Positions 1 to 12,547 of a DNA stretch of 64,000 bases are shown here, piece after piece; position 1 is the first letter of the stretch, and each line of letters starts with the position of its first letter. The notes under the pieces are model-generated. The model searched no databases, was not told the DNA's origin, and was given only the letters and a program-made list of their open reading frames with translations. The position numbers and the translations under genes were made by a program. Where the stretch lies: contig CAVZVA010000009.1 of the NCBI GenBank assembly GCA_963778655.1, forward strand, positions 480,001 through 544,000, in the 5' to 3' direction. The DNA is from an uncultured delta proteobacterium. Lineage in GTDB: Bacteria > Myxococcota_A > Polyangia > Polyangiales > JAFGIB01.

Positions 1-753
1 GGCGTGAGCTACGCCAGCGGCTCACCGTGGCTCGGTGTGCTCGCAGCGGGCAGCTGCGGCGTGGTGATGGGCGCGCTGCACGCGTGGCTGTGCGGGCGCC
101 CGCGTGTCAACGACATCGCGGTGGGCATCGCCATGATGGTGTTCGGTACTGGCGTCTCGTTCTTCGTCGGTAAGCCGCTGATTCAGCCCGAGGCACCCTC
201 GCTGCCCGCGTTGGAGCTGGGCAGCTTCAGCGCCTCTCCGGCGGTGCGCGAGGCGCTGCGCGTCAACCCGTTGTTCCTGGTCGGCATCGCCCTGGCGCCG
301 GCGCTGCTGTGGGCGCTGCGCAACACCCGCGCCGGGCTGGTGCTGCGCATGGTCGGCGAGAGCGCCGACGCAGCGCGCGCGCTCGGCTACTCGGTGCAGC
401 GCGTGCGCCTGCTCGCGACCATGGCCGGCGGCTTTCTCGCCGGCGTCGGGGGCTCGTTTCTTTCGCTTTACTATCCCGGAGTCTGGAACGAAGGCCTCTC
501 CAGTGGACAGGGCCTGATCGCGGTTGCCCTGGTGATCTTTGCGCGCTGGAATCCGATCTACTGCCTGTACGCCTCGTTGATATATGGAGCAGCCGGATCG
601 CTCGGCGCGGCCTTACAATCGGCCGGCGTGGCGGTGAGCCCTCACCTCCTCGCCGCCACGCCGGCCGCTCTTACTTTGGTCATCATGGTCATCACCTGCT
701 CGCCCGACCGCACCCTGCGCGGTGCGCCGGCCGAGCTGAGCGTCAACTCCTGA
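1..753 (+). CDS. ABC transporter permease (BMP/nucleoside-type, BPD_transp_2 family), 5'-truncated by window edge
   Basis: Multiple hydrophobic helices; motifs [18 protein letters not shown] and [15 protein letters not shown] are typical of this family; same-strand cluster with the ABC ATPase at 1447. Confidence 0.9.
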   Translation, partial: GVSYASGSPWLGVLAAGSCGVVMGALHAWLCGRPRVNDIAVGIAMMVFGTGVSFFVGKPLIQPEAPSLPALELGSFSASPAVREALRVNPLFLVGIALAPALLWALRNTRAGLVLRMVGESADAARALGYSVQRVRLLATMAGGFLAGVGGSFLSLYYPGVWNEGLSSGQGLIAVALVIFARWNPIYCLYASLIYGAAGSLGAALQSAGVAVSPHLLAATPAALTLVIMVITCSPDRTLRGAPAELSVNS

Positions 754-760
754 GGCAACC

Positions 761-1450
761 GTGGGCACGAACAAGACCATTGTCGGATCCGAGCCCTACC
801 CCTGGCCGTTCGACGGCGATCTGCGGCCGGAGAACACGGCCCTCGTCATCATCGACATGCAGACCGACTTCTGCGGCAAGGGCGGCTACGTCGATCTGAT
901 GGGCTACGACATCTCCCCGGCGCGCGCCTGCATCGAGCCGATCAACGCCGTGCTGCGCGCCATGCGCCAGCGCGGCTACGCGATCTTCCACACCCGCGAG
1001 GGGCATCGCCCCGACCTGTCGGATCTGCCCGAGAACAAGCGCTGGCGTTCGCGCCAGATCGGCGCCGGCATCGGCGACCCGGGACCGTGCGGCCGCGTGC
1101 TGGTGCGCGGAGAGCCGGGCTGGGAGATCATCCCCGAGCTCACGCCATTGCCCGGCGAGCCGATCATCGACAAGCCCGGCAAGGGCTCGTTTTGCGCCAC
1201 CGACTTCGAGCTGCTGCTGCGGCTGCGCGGGGTACGCAACATCGTGCTGACCGGCATCACCACCGACGTCTGCGTTCACACGACCATGCGAGAGGGCAAC
1301 GATCGCGGCTTCGAGTGCCTGTTGCTGTCCGATTGTTGTGCCGCCACGGACATGGGCAACCATCGCGCTGCCCTGCACATGATCAAGATGCAGAACGGGG
1401 TGTTCGGCGCGGTGTCCGATGCGCGCAGCCTGCTCGCGGTGATCGAATGA
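761..1450 (+). CDS. biuH: Biuret amidohydrolase (isochorismatase-like cysteine hydrolase)
   Basis: [64 protein letters not shown] and KMQ.GVFG closely match Rhizobium BiuH as I recall it; Asp-Lys-Cys triad present; neighbours allophanate hydrolase. Confidence 0.85.
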   Translation: MGTNKTIVGSEPYPWPFDGDLRPENTALVIIDMQTDFCGKGGYVDLMGYDISPARACIEPINAVLRAMRQRGYAIFHTREGHRPDLSDLPENKRWRSRQIGAGIGDPGPCGRVLVRGEPGWEIIPELTPLPGEPIIDKPGKGSFCATDFELLLRLRGVRNIVLTGITTDVCVHTTMREGNDRGFECLLLSDCCAATDMGNHRAALHMIKMQNGVFGAVSDARSLLAVIE

Positions 1451-2982
1451 CGGGGGCCGCCGCACGGGCCGGCGCGGCGCCCAGCCTCGAGCTGATCGCC
1501 ATGACCAAGCGCTTCGGCTTGTTCACCGCGCTCGACGACGTGGGCATGAAGGTGAAGTCCGGCGCGTTCCACGCGCTGCTGGGCGAGAACGGCGCAGGCA
1601 AGAGCACGTTGGTCAAGTGCGTGATCGGTTACCAGCAGCCCACCGCAGGCGACGTTCTGCTCAACGACAAGCAGGTGACGTTCGAGAGCACGCGCGAGGC
1701 CCATGCCGCTGGGATCGGCATGGTCTACCAGCGCTTCACGCTGGTCGAGAACATGAGCGTGGCGGAGAACCTGGTGCTGGTGCGCGACCACGTTCCGTCG
1801 GTGATCGACTGGAAGGCGGAGATCGCGGCGCTCGAGGCGTTCATGGACGCGATGCCGTTCCGCGTCCCGCTGCGCGCTCCAGTGCACTCGCTGGCCGCGG
1901 GCGAGAAGCAGAAGCTCGAAATCCTGAAGCAGCTCTACCTGCGGCGTAGGCTGCTCTTCCTGGACGAGCCGACCTCCGTGCTGACCCCGGCGGAGGCCGA
2001 CGAGGTGCTTGGTCTGCTCCACGCGATGACGCGGCGCCAGGAGTTGACGGTGCTGATCATCACCCATAAATTTCGCGAGGTGACTGCGTTCGCCGATGAG
2101 GTCAGCGTGCTGCGCCGGGGCAAGCTGGTCGGCGGGGGCCCGGTGAGCGATCTCGGTACCGAGGCGATGGCGCGCCTGATGGTCGGCGAGCAGACCCTGC
2201 GCCGGCCCGCGCCGCGCCGCGCCCAGGACAAGCACGAACAGCGGCTGATCATACGCGAGCTGAACGCGCTCGACGACACCGGCGTGCCGGCGGTCGAGAA
2301 GCTGTCGCTTTCGGTGCGCGCCGGCGAGATCGTGGGCGTGGCCGGGGTTTCGGGCAACGGCCAGCGCGAGCTGGTCGAAGTGCTCGCCGGACAGCGCAAG
2401 CGCGTCTCGGGCACGGTCGAGGTCGGGGGCGCCGCCTTCGAGGGCAAGCGCGAGCAGATCCGGGCCCGCCGGGTGAAGGTGCTGCCCGAGGTGCCCCTCG
2501 ACAACGCCTGCGTGCCCAACATGAGCGTCAGCGAAAACATGGCGCTGCGGGACTACGACGTGCCCCCGATCCGGATGCGCGGCGGGTTCGTCTCGAGGAG
2601 GCGCATCCGAGAGCGTGCGGAGCGCCTGATCGAGCGCTTCGGTGTGAAGACCACTTCTGCGGCCGTACCGATCCGGGAGCTGTCCGGAGGTAACATCCAG
2701 CGTGCGGTGCTCGCGCGCGAGCTGTCCGAGCCGAGCGACCTGCTGATCACACAGAACCCGTGCTTCGGGCTCGACTTCGCGGCCTCGGCCGAGATCCGCG
2801 CTCAGCTGGTCGACGCGCGCAACCGCGGGACCGCGGTGCTGCTGATCAGCGAGGATCTGGACGAGCTGATGGAGCTCTCCGACCGTCTGTGCGTGATGTT
2901 CGACGGGCAGATCGTGTTCGAGACCAAGCCGTCGGAGACCGAGCCGGGCACCGTGGGGCGCTACATGGCCGGCCATCATTAG
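1447..2982 (+). CDS. ABC transporter ATP-binding protein (double ATPase domain, CUT2-like)
   Basis: GENGAGKST Walker A, LFLDEPTS, second domain GVSGNGQ and LSGGNIQ; ATG overlaps the biuH stop (ATGA at 1447-1450). Confidence 0.92.
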   Translation: MTGAAARAGAAPSLELIAMTKRFGLFTALDDVGMKVKSGAFHALLGENGAGKSTLVKCVIGYQQPTAGDVLLNDKQVTFESTREAHAAGIGMVYQRFTLVENMSVAENLVLVRDHVPSVIDWKAEIAALEAFMDAMPFRVPLRAPVHSLAAGEKQKLEILKQLYLRRRLLFLDEPTSVLTPAEADEVLGLLHAMTRRQELTVLIITHKFREVTAFADEVSVLRRGKLVGGGPVSDLGTEAMARLMVGEQTLRRPAPRRAQDKHEQRLIIRELNALDDTGVPAVEKLSLSVRAGEIVGVAGVSGNGQRELVEVLAGQRKRVSGTVEVGGAAFEGKREQIRARRVKVLPEVPLDNACVPNMSVSENMALRDYDVPPIRMRGGFVSRRRIRERAERLIERFGVKTTSAAVPIRELSGGNIQRAVLARELSEPSDLLITQNPCFGLDFAASAEIRAQLVDARNRGTAVLLISEDLDELMELSDRLCVMFDGQIVFETKPSETEPGTVGRYMAGHH

Positions 2983-3001
2983 CGCCGGTCCAGAAGGAGC
3001 A

Positions 3002-3025
3002 ACAGGAAGACAGGAAGGCGGGAAG
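3002..3025 (+). repeat. REP-like repeat copy 1 (ACAGGAAGACAGGAAGGCGGGAAG)
   Basis: Same purine-rich core recurs at 11800, 25517 and, inverted, at 29596-29640; all copies are intergenic. Confidence 0.6.
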
Positions 3026-3089
3026 CAGGACACGCAGATGTTTGTGCTTCGCGTCTGACCGTGAAAAGGATAGCTTGGCGGCCGACCGC

Positions 3090-4910
3090 ATGTTGCCTTC
3101 GCTCGATCTGCAGACCCTGCGTGAAGAGTACGAAAGCGGGCGCACGACGCCGCCGCAGCTGATCGAGGCGCTGTGCGCGCAGATCGAGCGCACGCCGCAC
3201 GCCGGCATGTTCACGTTGGAGACGCTCGAGCTGGCCAAGCAGACCGCGGCCGAGGTGGTGGCCCGGCGCGCCCGGGGCGAGCGCATGCGCCTGTACGGCG
3301 TGCCATTCGCGATCAAGGACAACATCGACGTGGCGGGACTGCCTACCACCGCGGCCTGTCCCGCCTTCGCCTATCGGCCCGAGCGCAGCGCCCAGGTGGT
3401 CGAGCGCCTACTCGCCGAAGGCGCGATCCCGATCGGCAAGACCAACCTCGACCAGTTCGCCACCGGGTTGGTCGGGGTGCGCTCGCCCTACGGCGTGCCC
3501 GAGAACCCCTTCGACTCGCGCTACGTCCCGGGTGGCTCGAGCTCGGGCTCGGCGGTGGCGGTGGCGCGAGGTTTCTGTAGCTTCGCGCTGGGCACGGACA
3601 CCGCAGGCTCCGGACGCGTGCCGGCGGCGTTCAATAACGTGGTGGGCCTCAAGCCGAGCTCCGGCATGGCGAGCACGCGCGGCGTGGTGCCCGCGTGCCG
3701 CTCGCTCGACTGCGTGTCGGTGTTCGCGCTGAGCTGCGACGACGCTGCCGCGGTGGCGCAGCTCCTCGCGGGCTTCGACGCGGAGGATCCGTACTCGCGA
3801 CGCGAGGCGGACGCATGGGACCCGCGGGCGGGGCTGTTGCCGCCGCGCTTTCGCTTTGCCGTGCCGAACGCCGCGCAGCGGGTGTTCGATGACGCCGCGT
3901 ACCCGGCGCTGTTCGACGCAGCGGTGCGCGCGCTGCAGGCGGCGGGCGGGGAAGGGCGCGAGGTTGCATTCGAGCCCTTTCGCGAGGCCGGCGCGTTGCT
4001 CTACGACGGGCCGTGGGTGGCGGAGCGACTCGAGGCCGCAGGCGCCCTGCTGCAGAACGAGCCCGAGGCGCTGCATCCGGCGGTGCGCGCGATCTTCGAG
4101 AGCGCGGCGGCCTACAGCGCGCGCGATGCCTTTGCAGGGCAGCACCGTCTCTCGGCCCTGCGCCAGACCGTCGGCGCGCTGTTCGATGAGGTCGACTGCC
4201 TGCTGGTGCCGAGCACGCCGGGCACCTACCGCGTCGAGCAAGTCCTGGCCGAGCCGCTCGCGCTCAACGCGCGCCTCGGCGTGTACGCGAGCTTCGTCAA
4301 CCTGCTCGACTTGTGCGCGCTCGCGGTGCCGGCCGGCATGTGCGGCAACGGCTTGCCGTTCGGCGTGACCTTGATCGCGCGCCACGGGCGCGATGCGCTG
4401 CTCGCGAGCATCGGACGCGGGCTGCACGCGGCGCTCGCGCGCACGCTCGGCGCCACGCAGCATCCCGTGCCGGCGGCCCCGGCCGCGGTGCCAGCTGCGG
4501 CCGAGCGCTGCCAGCTGGCCGTGGTCGGCGCGCACCTCTCGGGGGAGCCACTCAACCGCGAGCTCACCGATCTCGGCGCGCGCTTGCTGTGCGCGACCCG
4601 CAGCGCGCCGCGCTACCGCTTGTTCGCCTTGCCCACCACGCCGCCCAAGCCCGGCCTGGTGCGCGTCGAGCCCGGCGAGCGCGGCTACGCGATCGAGCTC
4701 GAGGTGTGGGAGCTGTCGGAGTCGGCGCTCGGCCGCTTCATGCGAGGCGTGCGCGCGCCGCTGTGCATCGGCACTCTCGAGCTTGAGGGCGGCGGCAGCG
4801 TGCTCGGCTTCCTGTGCGAAGCCGCGGCCACGCGCGGCGAGCGCGACATCTCCGAGCTCGGCGGCTGGCGTGCCTTTCGTCGCAGCCTGAGCGCCAAGCC
4901 ATCGGGCTGA
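3090..4910 (+). CDS. atzF: Allophanate hydrolase (amidase signature domain plus C-terminal domain)
   Basis: AIKDNID, GKTNLDQFATGLVGVRSPYG, GGSSSGSAVAV, GTDTAGSGRVPA; C-terminal LAVVGAHLSG.PLN, PPKPGL and GGWRAF. Confidence 0.95.
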   Translation: MLPSLDLQTLREEYESGRTTPPQLIEALCAQIERTPHAGMFTLETLELAKQTAAEVVARRARGERMRLYGVPFAIKDNIDVAGLPTTAACPAFAYRPERSAQVVERLLAEGAIPIGKTNLDQFATGLVGVRSPYGVPENPFDSRYVPGGSSSGSAVAVARGFCSFALGTDTAGSGRVPAAFNNVVGLKPSSGMASTRGVVPACRSLDCVSVFALSCDDAAAVAQLLAGFDAEDPYSRREADAWDPRAGLLPPRFRFAVPNAAQRVFDDAAYPALFDAAVRALQAAGGEGREVAFEPFREAGALLYDGPWVAERLEAAGALLQNEPEALHPAVRAIFESAAAYSARDAFAGQHRLSALRQTVGALFDEVDCLLVPSTPGTYRVEQVLAEPLALNARLGVYASFVNLLDLCALAVPAGMCGNGLPFGVTLIARHGRDALLASIGRGLHAALARTLGATQHPVPAAPAAVPAAAERCQLAVVGAHLSGEPLNRELTDLGARLLCATRSAPRYRLFALPTTPPKPGLVRVEPGERGYAIELEVWELSESALGRFMRGVRAPLCIGTLELEGGGSVLGFLCEAAATRGERDISELGGWRAFRRSLSAKPSG

Positions 4911-5099
4911 GCGTCGCGCGACCGCCTGCGTGAAGCGCGCGAGCGGCCGCGGGTGAGCGCGCGCACGCACCGTGGTGGCATGTGTTCCAGCAGCGCATGG
5001 AGGGTTGACTCTCACTACGCCATGGCCAGAGCAAGCTACGGCAAGTCGCAGGCGTGGTATCCTAGTTGAGCAGCGCCGCTGGTCATTTCGGCCGCCGGC

Positions 5100-8000
5100 G
5101 TGTCGTCTGGGATGGGTCGATTCTCCACAGAGTCTCGGCAGACACGGGACCTCTCCGTGCCGTCGCCGTCCGCGCACGAGCGCGTAGGCCGCTATCGCAT
5201 CAAGGAGCAACTGGCGGCTGGCGGCATGGGCGTGGTGTATCGCGCAGTCGATCAGCTCACCGGCGAGGAGTGCGCGCTCAAGCGCATCAAGCCCGAAGCG
5301 TTGCGCAGCGCTCACGGCATCGAATCGTTCGAGCGCGAGTACCAGGTGCTCGCGGGCATCAACCACCCGCGCATCATCCGGGTCCACGACTACGGCGTCG
5401 ACGAAGCCGGGCCGTACTACACGATGGAGCTGGTTGAAGGCGACGATCTGCGCACGCTGGCTCCGCTCGACTACCGCGACGCTTGCCGCTATCTGCGCGA
5501 CGTCGCGACCTCGCTCGCGCTGCTGCACGCCAGGCGCCTGCTGCACCGCGATCTGAGCCCGCGCAACGTGCGGCTCACGCCGGACGGGCATTGCAGGCTG
5601 CTGGATTTCGGCGCGCTCAGCGAGTTCGGACCCTCCAGCCTGATCGTGGGGACGCCACCTGCGATCGCGCCCGAAGCAGCGCAGGGGGCGGTGCTCGATC
5701 AGCGCACCGATCTCTACGCGCTCGGCGCGCTCGCGTACTGGTTGCTTACGCGCCAGCACGCATACCCCGCCAAGCGCATCGACGAGCTGCCGGAGCTATG
5801 GCAGCGCCTGCCCGAGCCGCCCTCGAGCCTGGTCGAGGGCATTCCGCCTCAGCTCGATGAGCTCGTGCTCTCGCTGCTCGATCAGAACCCGCTCGCGCGC
5901 CCGGCCAGCGCCGCCGCAGTGGTCGCCAGGCTCAGCGTCATCGGCGAGCTCGAGGCCGAGGACGAGGAGGATCTGGCGCGGCTCGCGACCAGCTTCCTGG
6001 CTACGCCGCACCTGGTCGGACGCAGCCGAGAGATGGCCGAGCTGGGCGCGCGCATCGAATTGGCGGTGGGCGGCCGCGGCGGGGCCGTGGCGATCGAAGG
6101 CGCAGCGGGCACGGGTCGCACCCGCCTGCTGGAGGAAGTCGGCGTCGTCGCTCAGCTCGCGGGCGCGCACGTGCTGCGCGTGGACGCCGGCATGCACCGG
6201 CAGCCGAACGGCACGGCGCGGGCGCTGGTGCGGCAGCTGCTGGACACGCTGCCCGTCTCTGCGGACACCACGGCCCGGCTCAGCCCAGCTGCCATTGCGC
6301 AGGTCGGCGAGATCGAGACACGCATGCGGCTGCGTCATTCGCTGCCGGTGCCGGGGACCCGCGCCGATCCGTCGCTTGCGGGCGGGGTCTCGCTCGAGAG
6401 CTGGCTGGCGGAGGTTAGTTGCTCCACGCCGCTGCTGGTGGAAGTGGACAACGTCGAGTACGCGGATGACCCGAGCCTGGGCTTGTTGGCCGCCCTCGCC
6501 CGCGGCGCGGGCGAGCAGGCGGTGCTCATCGTCGTCACCCACAAGCCGGTCGATCCCGCGCAGCGCTCGGTGGGCCTGGCCGCGCTGCAGGCGCACTGTA
6601 CGCCGATGGCGCTGGCCGCGCTGAGCGAGCAGGAGACGACCGAGCTGGCGCGCTCGCTGTTTGGCGACGCCAGCAATTTGGCGCGCTTTGCGGAATTCCT
6701 CTATTCGCGGACCGCCGGCAATCCACTGCACTGTCTGGAGATCTCGCGCCAGCTCGTAGCCAAGCGCGTCATCCGCTACCTCGAGGGCAACTGGGCGCTG
6801 CCCGCCGAGCGCCCAGACGCGACGCTTTCTTCCGCGCTGGAGGGCGCGCTGGCGGCGCGCCTGGCCGCGCTTTCCGACCAGAGCCGCCAGCTGGCGGAGT
6901 GTCTGAGCCTGCACCGCGGCGAGCTCAGCACGGAGCTGTGCCGCAGGCTCGTGAGCAAGGGAGCCGATCGCGAGCTGTTCGCCTTGCTGGATGAGCTCGC
7001 GCGCAACGATGTGCTCTATAGCGGCGAAGGCGGCTGTCGCTTCAGCACCACGGCCCTCCAGGACGCGCTGTTGGCCGGAATGGACGATGCCGCGCGCGAG
7101 CAGGGTCACCGCCGATTGGGTGAAGCCTTGTTCGGCATGATCGCGTCCGACCAGCACGCGCGGCGCATCCAGGCCGGATGGCACTTGCTGCGCGGCGGCG
7201 AGCAAACGCGGGGCGCTGATCTGATCGCCGCGGTAGCGTGCGACAGCGTGGCCGTACGCCTGGTCTTCACCGATCTGCACGGCGCCGGCGCCGCGCTCGA
7301 GGCTGCGCTCAAGGTCTATCGGCGGCAGCGCCGCACGGTCTACCAGCAGTTGCCGCTGCTCTCCGCGCTGGCCCAGGCCGGCTACTACGAGGACCGGCGT
7401 TGGGGCGAGCTGTACGGCGATCAGGCCCTCGACGTACTCGAGGATCTGAGCGGTCTGCGCGCGGCGCGCAGCTTGCGTCGCTTCCTGGGTGGGTTTCTCG
7501 GCCTCGTGGTGGGCCTCGGCTACGCCTGGCTGCGCTTCGCGCTCGCGCCCCGCCGCGATCGTGGCTACGGCTTCGGCGAAATTTTGATCCAGCTGTTCGG
7601 CGCGGTAACCTGCTTGACGGCCGTCGCCGTGTTGGGGTTGGATGCCGAGCGCGCGCGCTTCGTGGCCGGGACGCTGGCGCCGTTCGCGGTGCTGCCCGAG
7701 CGCACCACGCCCGTGGGCATCTACCAGTTTTGCCAGAGCTTGCGCCAGATCGCGCTCGAGAATCAGGCGGAGGCGTTCGAGACCTTCGAGCGCTTGCTGA
7801 AGCGTTTCGGAGATCCGCGCTACTATCCCACCTTGCCCCAGGAGGCGCGCGGGATCTACCTGGCCGGGGTGCACTTTGCCCGCGCGGTGTTCGCGACCTA
7901 CCGCGGCGACGGCCGCGCTGCGCTGGAGAGCGCGGACGCGCTCGACGCGCTCGATCTCAAGTTCTACGCGATGATCGCGAGCGAGATGCGCTTTCTGTAC

Positions 8001-9266
8001 TACATGAATCGCGGCGATTTTCAGGCCGCCGCGCAGCATCGCCAGCAGGTCGACATCCACGCCGCGCACGTGGGCTCGGCCTGGCAGGTCGAGCAGTGGG
8101 AGCCGGCGGCGCTGATTCCGGTCTACGCCTGGCTGCAGGACGTGGACGGGATGGCGCGGGTGGCCGACCGGCTCGAGCTGCTCGCGCAGAGCGTGCCGTC
8201 GCTGCGCTACTATGCAAGCCTGGCGCGCTGGGCGCAGGGGCTCGTGCTCAGCGACGAGAGCACGAGTACGAACGCGGTGGCGATCGCGAGGCTCGAGCAG
8301 CGCGCGCCTCGCAGCTACATCGGCTGGGCGGCGCACATGGGCTTCACCGCGATGGGCTCGCGGTTTCTGGGCAACCACGACGTCGCCAGGCAGTTGTCCC
8401 GCACGGCAGCGGCGCATCTGACCGATGGCGATCGCGAGTACGTGACGCTGTTCTTGATGGTCGACATCGAGTGCGCGTGGAGCGAGGCCGCGCTGGGTCA
8501 CGTAGACCAGGCGATCCAGCAGCTCGACGCGCTGTTGCAACGGAACGAGGACAGCGGTCATCCACTGGCGCTCGGCCTGCTACACGAGGCGCGCGCCCTG
8601 ATCGCCCACCAGGCGGGCCGCACGGACTTGCTCGCGCACAGCGCGCACGAGGCCGAGCGCTGGCTGCGATCCACCGGCAACCCAGCCTTGATCGCCAGGT
8701 GCGAGCGGCTCGCGCGGCTGCAGGCACGGGGGCGTCCCGCTTCCGGACGACGGGAGGGCGTCGAGGTCGAGCGCTGGCTGGGCGTGCTTGCCGAGCAGGG
8801 CGACACCGAGCAGAGAGTGAGCCGGGCTTTGCAGCTCCTGCGTGAGGCTGCACGCGCGGAGGCCGTTGCATTCTACCGGCGCGAGGGCGACGGTTTCGAG
8901 CTCGAGCAGCAGAGTCCCGGCGAGGCGTTCTCCGCGGGCGAGTGCGCGGCGCTGCGCGTCGCTCTGGGCAGATTCGACCGCGGGCTGCGGACGCAGACCG
9001 CCGCCAGCGTCACGCGTACACAGCAAGGTATCGAGCTCTCGGCCGGAAGCAGTGAGGATGGTACGCGGCGCTGCGCCTACTTCGTGCTCGGCGAGGAGCA
9101 AGGAAGCATCGGTGTGGTGGGGGCGGTCGCGCTGAGCCTGGGTCGTGATGCCGGCGCTCCGCCTCCTGGTCTGCTCTCTGCCCTGGGCCGCAGCCTGGGC
9201 TGGGACGAGGCCACGGTTGTGGTGCCCACGCTCTCCGTGACCAAACGCTCCGGCACCGGCCCCTGA
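5100..9266 (+). CDS. Ser/Thr protein kinase fused to AAA/STAND ATPase and helical C-terminal region
   Basis: GGMGVVY, ALK, HRDLSPRN, DFG and APE kinase motifs; P-loop GAAGTGRT; TAGNPL motif of STAND ATPases. Start could be 5112. Confidence 0.88.
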   Translation: MSSGMGRFSTESRQTRDLSVPSPSAHERVGRYRIKEQLAAGGMGVVYRAVDQLTGEECALKRIKPEALRSAHGIESFEREYQVLAGINHPRIIRVHDYGVDEAGPYYTMELVEGDDLRTLAPLDYRDACRYLRDVATSLALLHARRLLHRDLSPRNVRLTPDGHCRLLDFGALSEFGPSSLIVGTPPAIAPEAAQGAVLDQRTDLYALGALAYWLLTRQHAYPAKRIDELPELWQRLPEPPSSLVEGIPPQLDELVLSLLDQNPLARPASAAAVVARLSVIGELEAEDEEDLARLATSFLATPHLVGRSREMAELGARIELAVGGRGGAVAIEGAAGTGRTRLLEEVGVVAQLAGAHVLRVDAGMHRQPNGTARALVRQLLDTLPVSADTTARLSPAAIAQVGEIETRMRLRHSLPVPGTRADPSLAGGVSLESWLAEVSCSTPLLVEVDNVEYADDPSLGLLAALARGAGEQAVLIVVTHKPVDPAQRSVGLAALQAHCTPMALAALSEQETTELARSLFGDASNLARFAEFLYSRTAGNPLHCLEISRQLVAKRVIRYLEGNWALPAERPDATLSSALEGALAARLAALSDQSRQLAECLSLHRGELSTELCRRLVSKGADRELFALLDELARNDVLYSGEGGCRFSTTALQDALLAGMDDAAREQGHRRLGEALFGMIASDQHARRIQAGWHLLRGGEQTRGADLIAAVACDSVAVRLVFTDLHGAGAALEAALKVYRRQRRTVYQQLPLLSALAQAGYYEDRRWGELYGDQALDVLEDLSGLRAARSLRRFLGGFLGLVVGLGYAWLRFALAPRRDRGYGFGEILIQLFGAVTCLTAVAVLGLDAERARFVAGTLAPFAVLPERTTPVGIYQFCQSLRQIALENQAEAFETFERLLKRFGDPRYYPTLPQEARGIYLAGVHFARAVFATYRGDGRAALESADALDALDLKFYAMIASEMRFLYYMNRGDFQAAAQHRQQVDIHAAHVGSAWQVEQWEPAALIPVYAWLQDVDGMARVADRLELLAQSVPSLRYYASLARWAQGLVLSDESTSTNAVAIARLEQRAPRSYIGWAAHMGFTAMGSRFLGNHDVARQLSRTAAAHLTDGDREYVTLFLMVDIECAWSEAALGHVDQAIQQLDALLQRNEDSGHPLALGLLHEARALIAHQAGRTDLLAHSAHEAERWLRSTGNPALIARCERLARLQARGRPASGRREGVEVERWLGVLAEQGDTEQRVSRALQLLREAARAEAVAFYRREGDGFELEQQSPGEAFSAGECAALRVALGRFDRGLRTQTAASVTRTQQGIELSAGSSEDGTRRCAYFVLGEEQGSIGVVGAVALSLGRDAGAPPPGLLSALGRSLGWDEATVVVPTLSVTKRSGTGP

Positions 9267-9314
9267 GCCCGCGCGTGCCGCGGGCGGCTTTGCGCTTGCA
9301 AGATCGCGCGTGTC

Positions 9315-11765
<2,451 letters not shown>

Positions 11766-11797
11766 TCGCCCGCGCACACGCTGGCCGCGGTTGCGGA

Positions 11798-11874
11798 TCA
11801 CAGGAAGGCGGGAAGACGGGAGGAGTCGGATGTGGGAAAGGCTTCGTGTGCTTGCCGTCTTCCCGCCTTCCGGT
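11798..11874. repeat. REP-like palindromic element copy 2
   Basis: Perfect 17-bp inverted repeat GGAAGGCGGGAAGACGG (11803-11819) / CCGTCTTCCCGCCTTCC (11855-11871). Confidence 0.8.
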
Positions 11875-11937
11875 TTCATGGCCCAGGCATGCCCCCGGCG
11901 GCCCCACGCGCGCGCGCCGCGATGTAGACTCGCGGCC

Positions 11938-12420
11938 ATGAAGGCAAAGCTGGTTCGTTTCGGCGTGGCGATGGAGCCCGCGCTGCTCGCGCAGCTCGAC
12001 GGGCTCGCCCTGGCCCGCGGTTGCACCCGTTCCGAGCTGCTGCGCGACCTGGCCCGCGCGGAGGTCGCGCGCGCGGAGGTCGCGCGCGGGGTCGATGCGG
12101 TCGGCGCGCTCACCCTCGTCTACGACCATCACGTGCGCGACCTGAGCGAGAAGCTGACCGAGCTGCAGCACGACCTAGGCGAGATGGTGCGCTCGACGCT
12201 GCACGTGCACCTGAGCCACGACTATTGCCTGGAGGTGCTGGTGATGCGCGGCCGCTCCGACCAGCTCTCGGCGATCGCCGAGCGCATCCTGGCCACGCGT
12301 GGGGTCAAGCACGGCGGGATCGAGATCATCGCGGGCGTGCCCGAGCAGGCCAAGCTCGACACCCACCGCGCGCGAAGCAGAGCGCAACGCTCCGGGCGCC
12401 GCGCGCGAACGCGCGATTGA
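11938..12420 (+). CDS. nikR: Nickel-responsive transcriptional regulator NikR
   Basis: N-terminal ribbon-helix-helix (VRFGVAM...TRSELLRDL); LVYDHH, QHD and HVHLSHDYCLEV nickel-site motifs; GVKHG. Confidence 0.95.
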   Translation: MKAKLVRFGVAMEPALLAQLDGLALARGCTRSELLRDLARAEVARAEVARGVDAVGALTLVYDHHVRDLSEKLTELQHDLGEMVRSTLHVHLSHDYCLEVLVMRGRSDQLSAIAERILATRGVKHGGIEIIAGVPEQAKLDTHRARSRAQRSGRRARTRD

Positions 12421-12484
12421 TCCGGACGGGCTGGGCAAGGCCCGTGGCCCGCGCGGCCGACGCGGGGCTGCGCGCCGGCTCTGC

Positions 12485-12515
12485 GTAGCACGTTTTTGAA
12501 ATTTCGTGCTATCGT
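12485..12515 (+). promoter_or_regulatory. Candidate NikR operator overlapping an extended -10 element
   Basis: GTAGCA-N16-TGCTAT with perfect inner arms TAGCACG/CGTGCTA and an AT-rich spacer; same 6-16-6 geometry as the E. coli NikR site; TGcTATCGT extended -10 at 12507-12515. Confidence 0.75.
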
Positions 12516-12547
12516 GGGCGCCCGCTTCCGTGCTTGGATGCGGCCCG

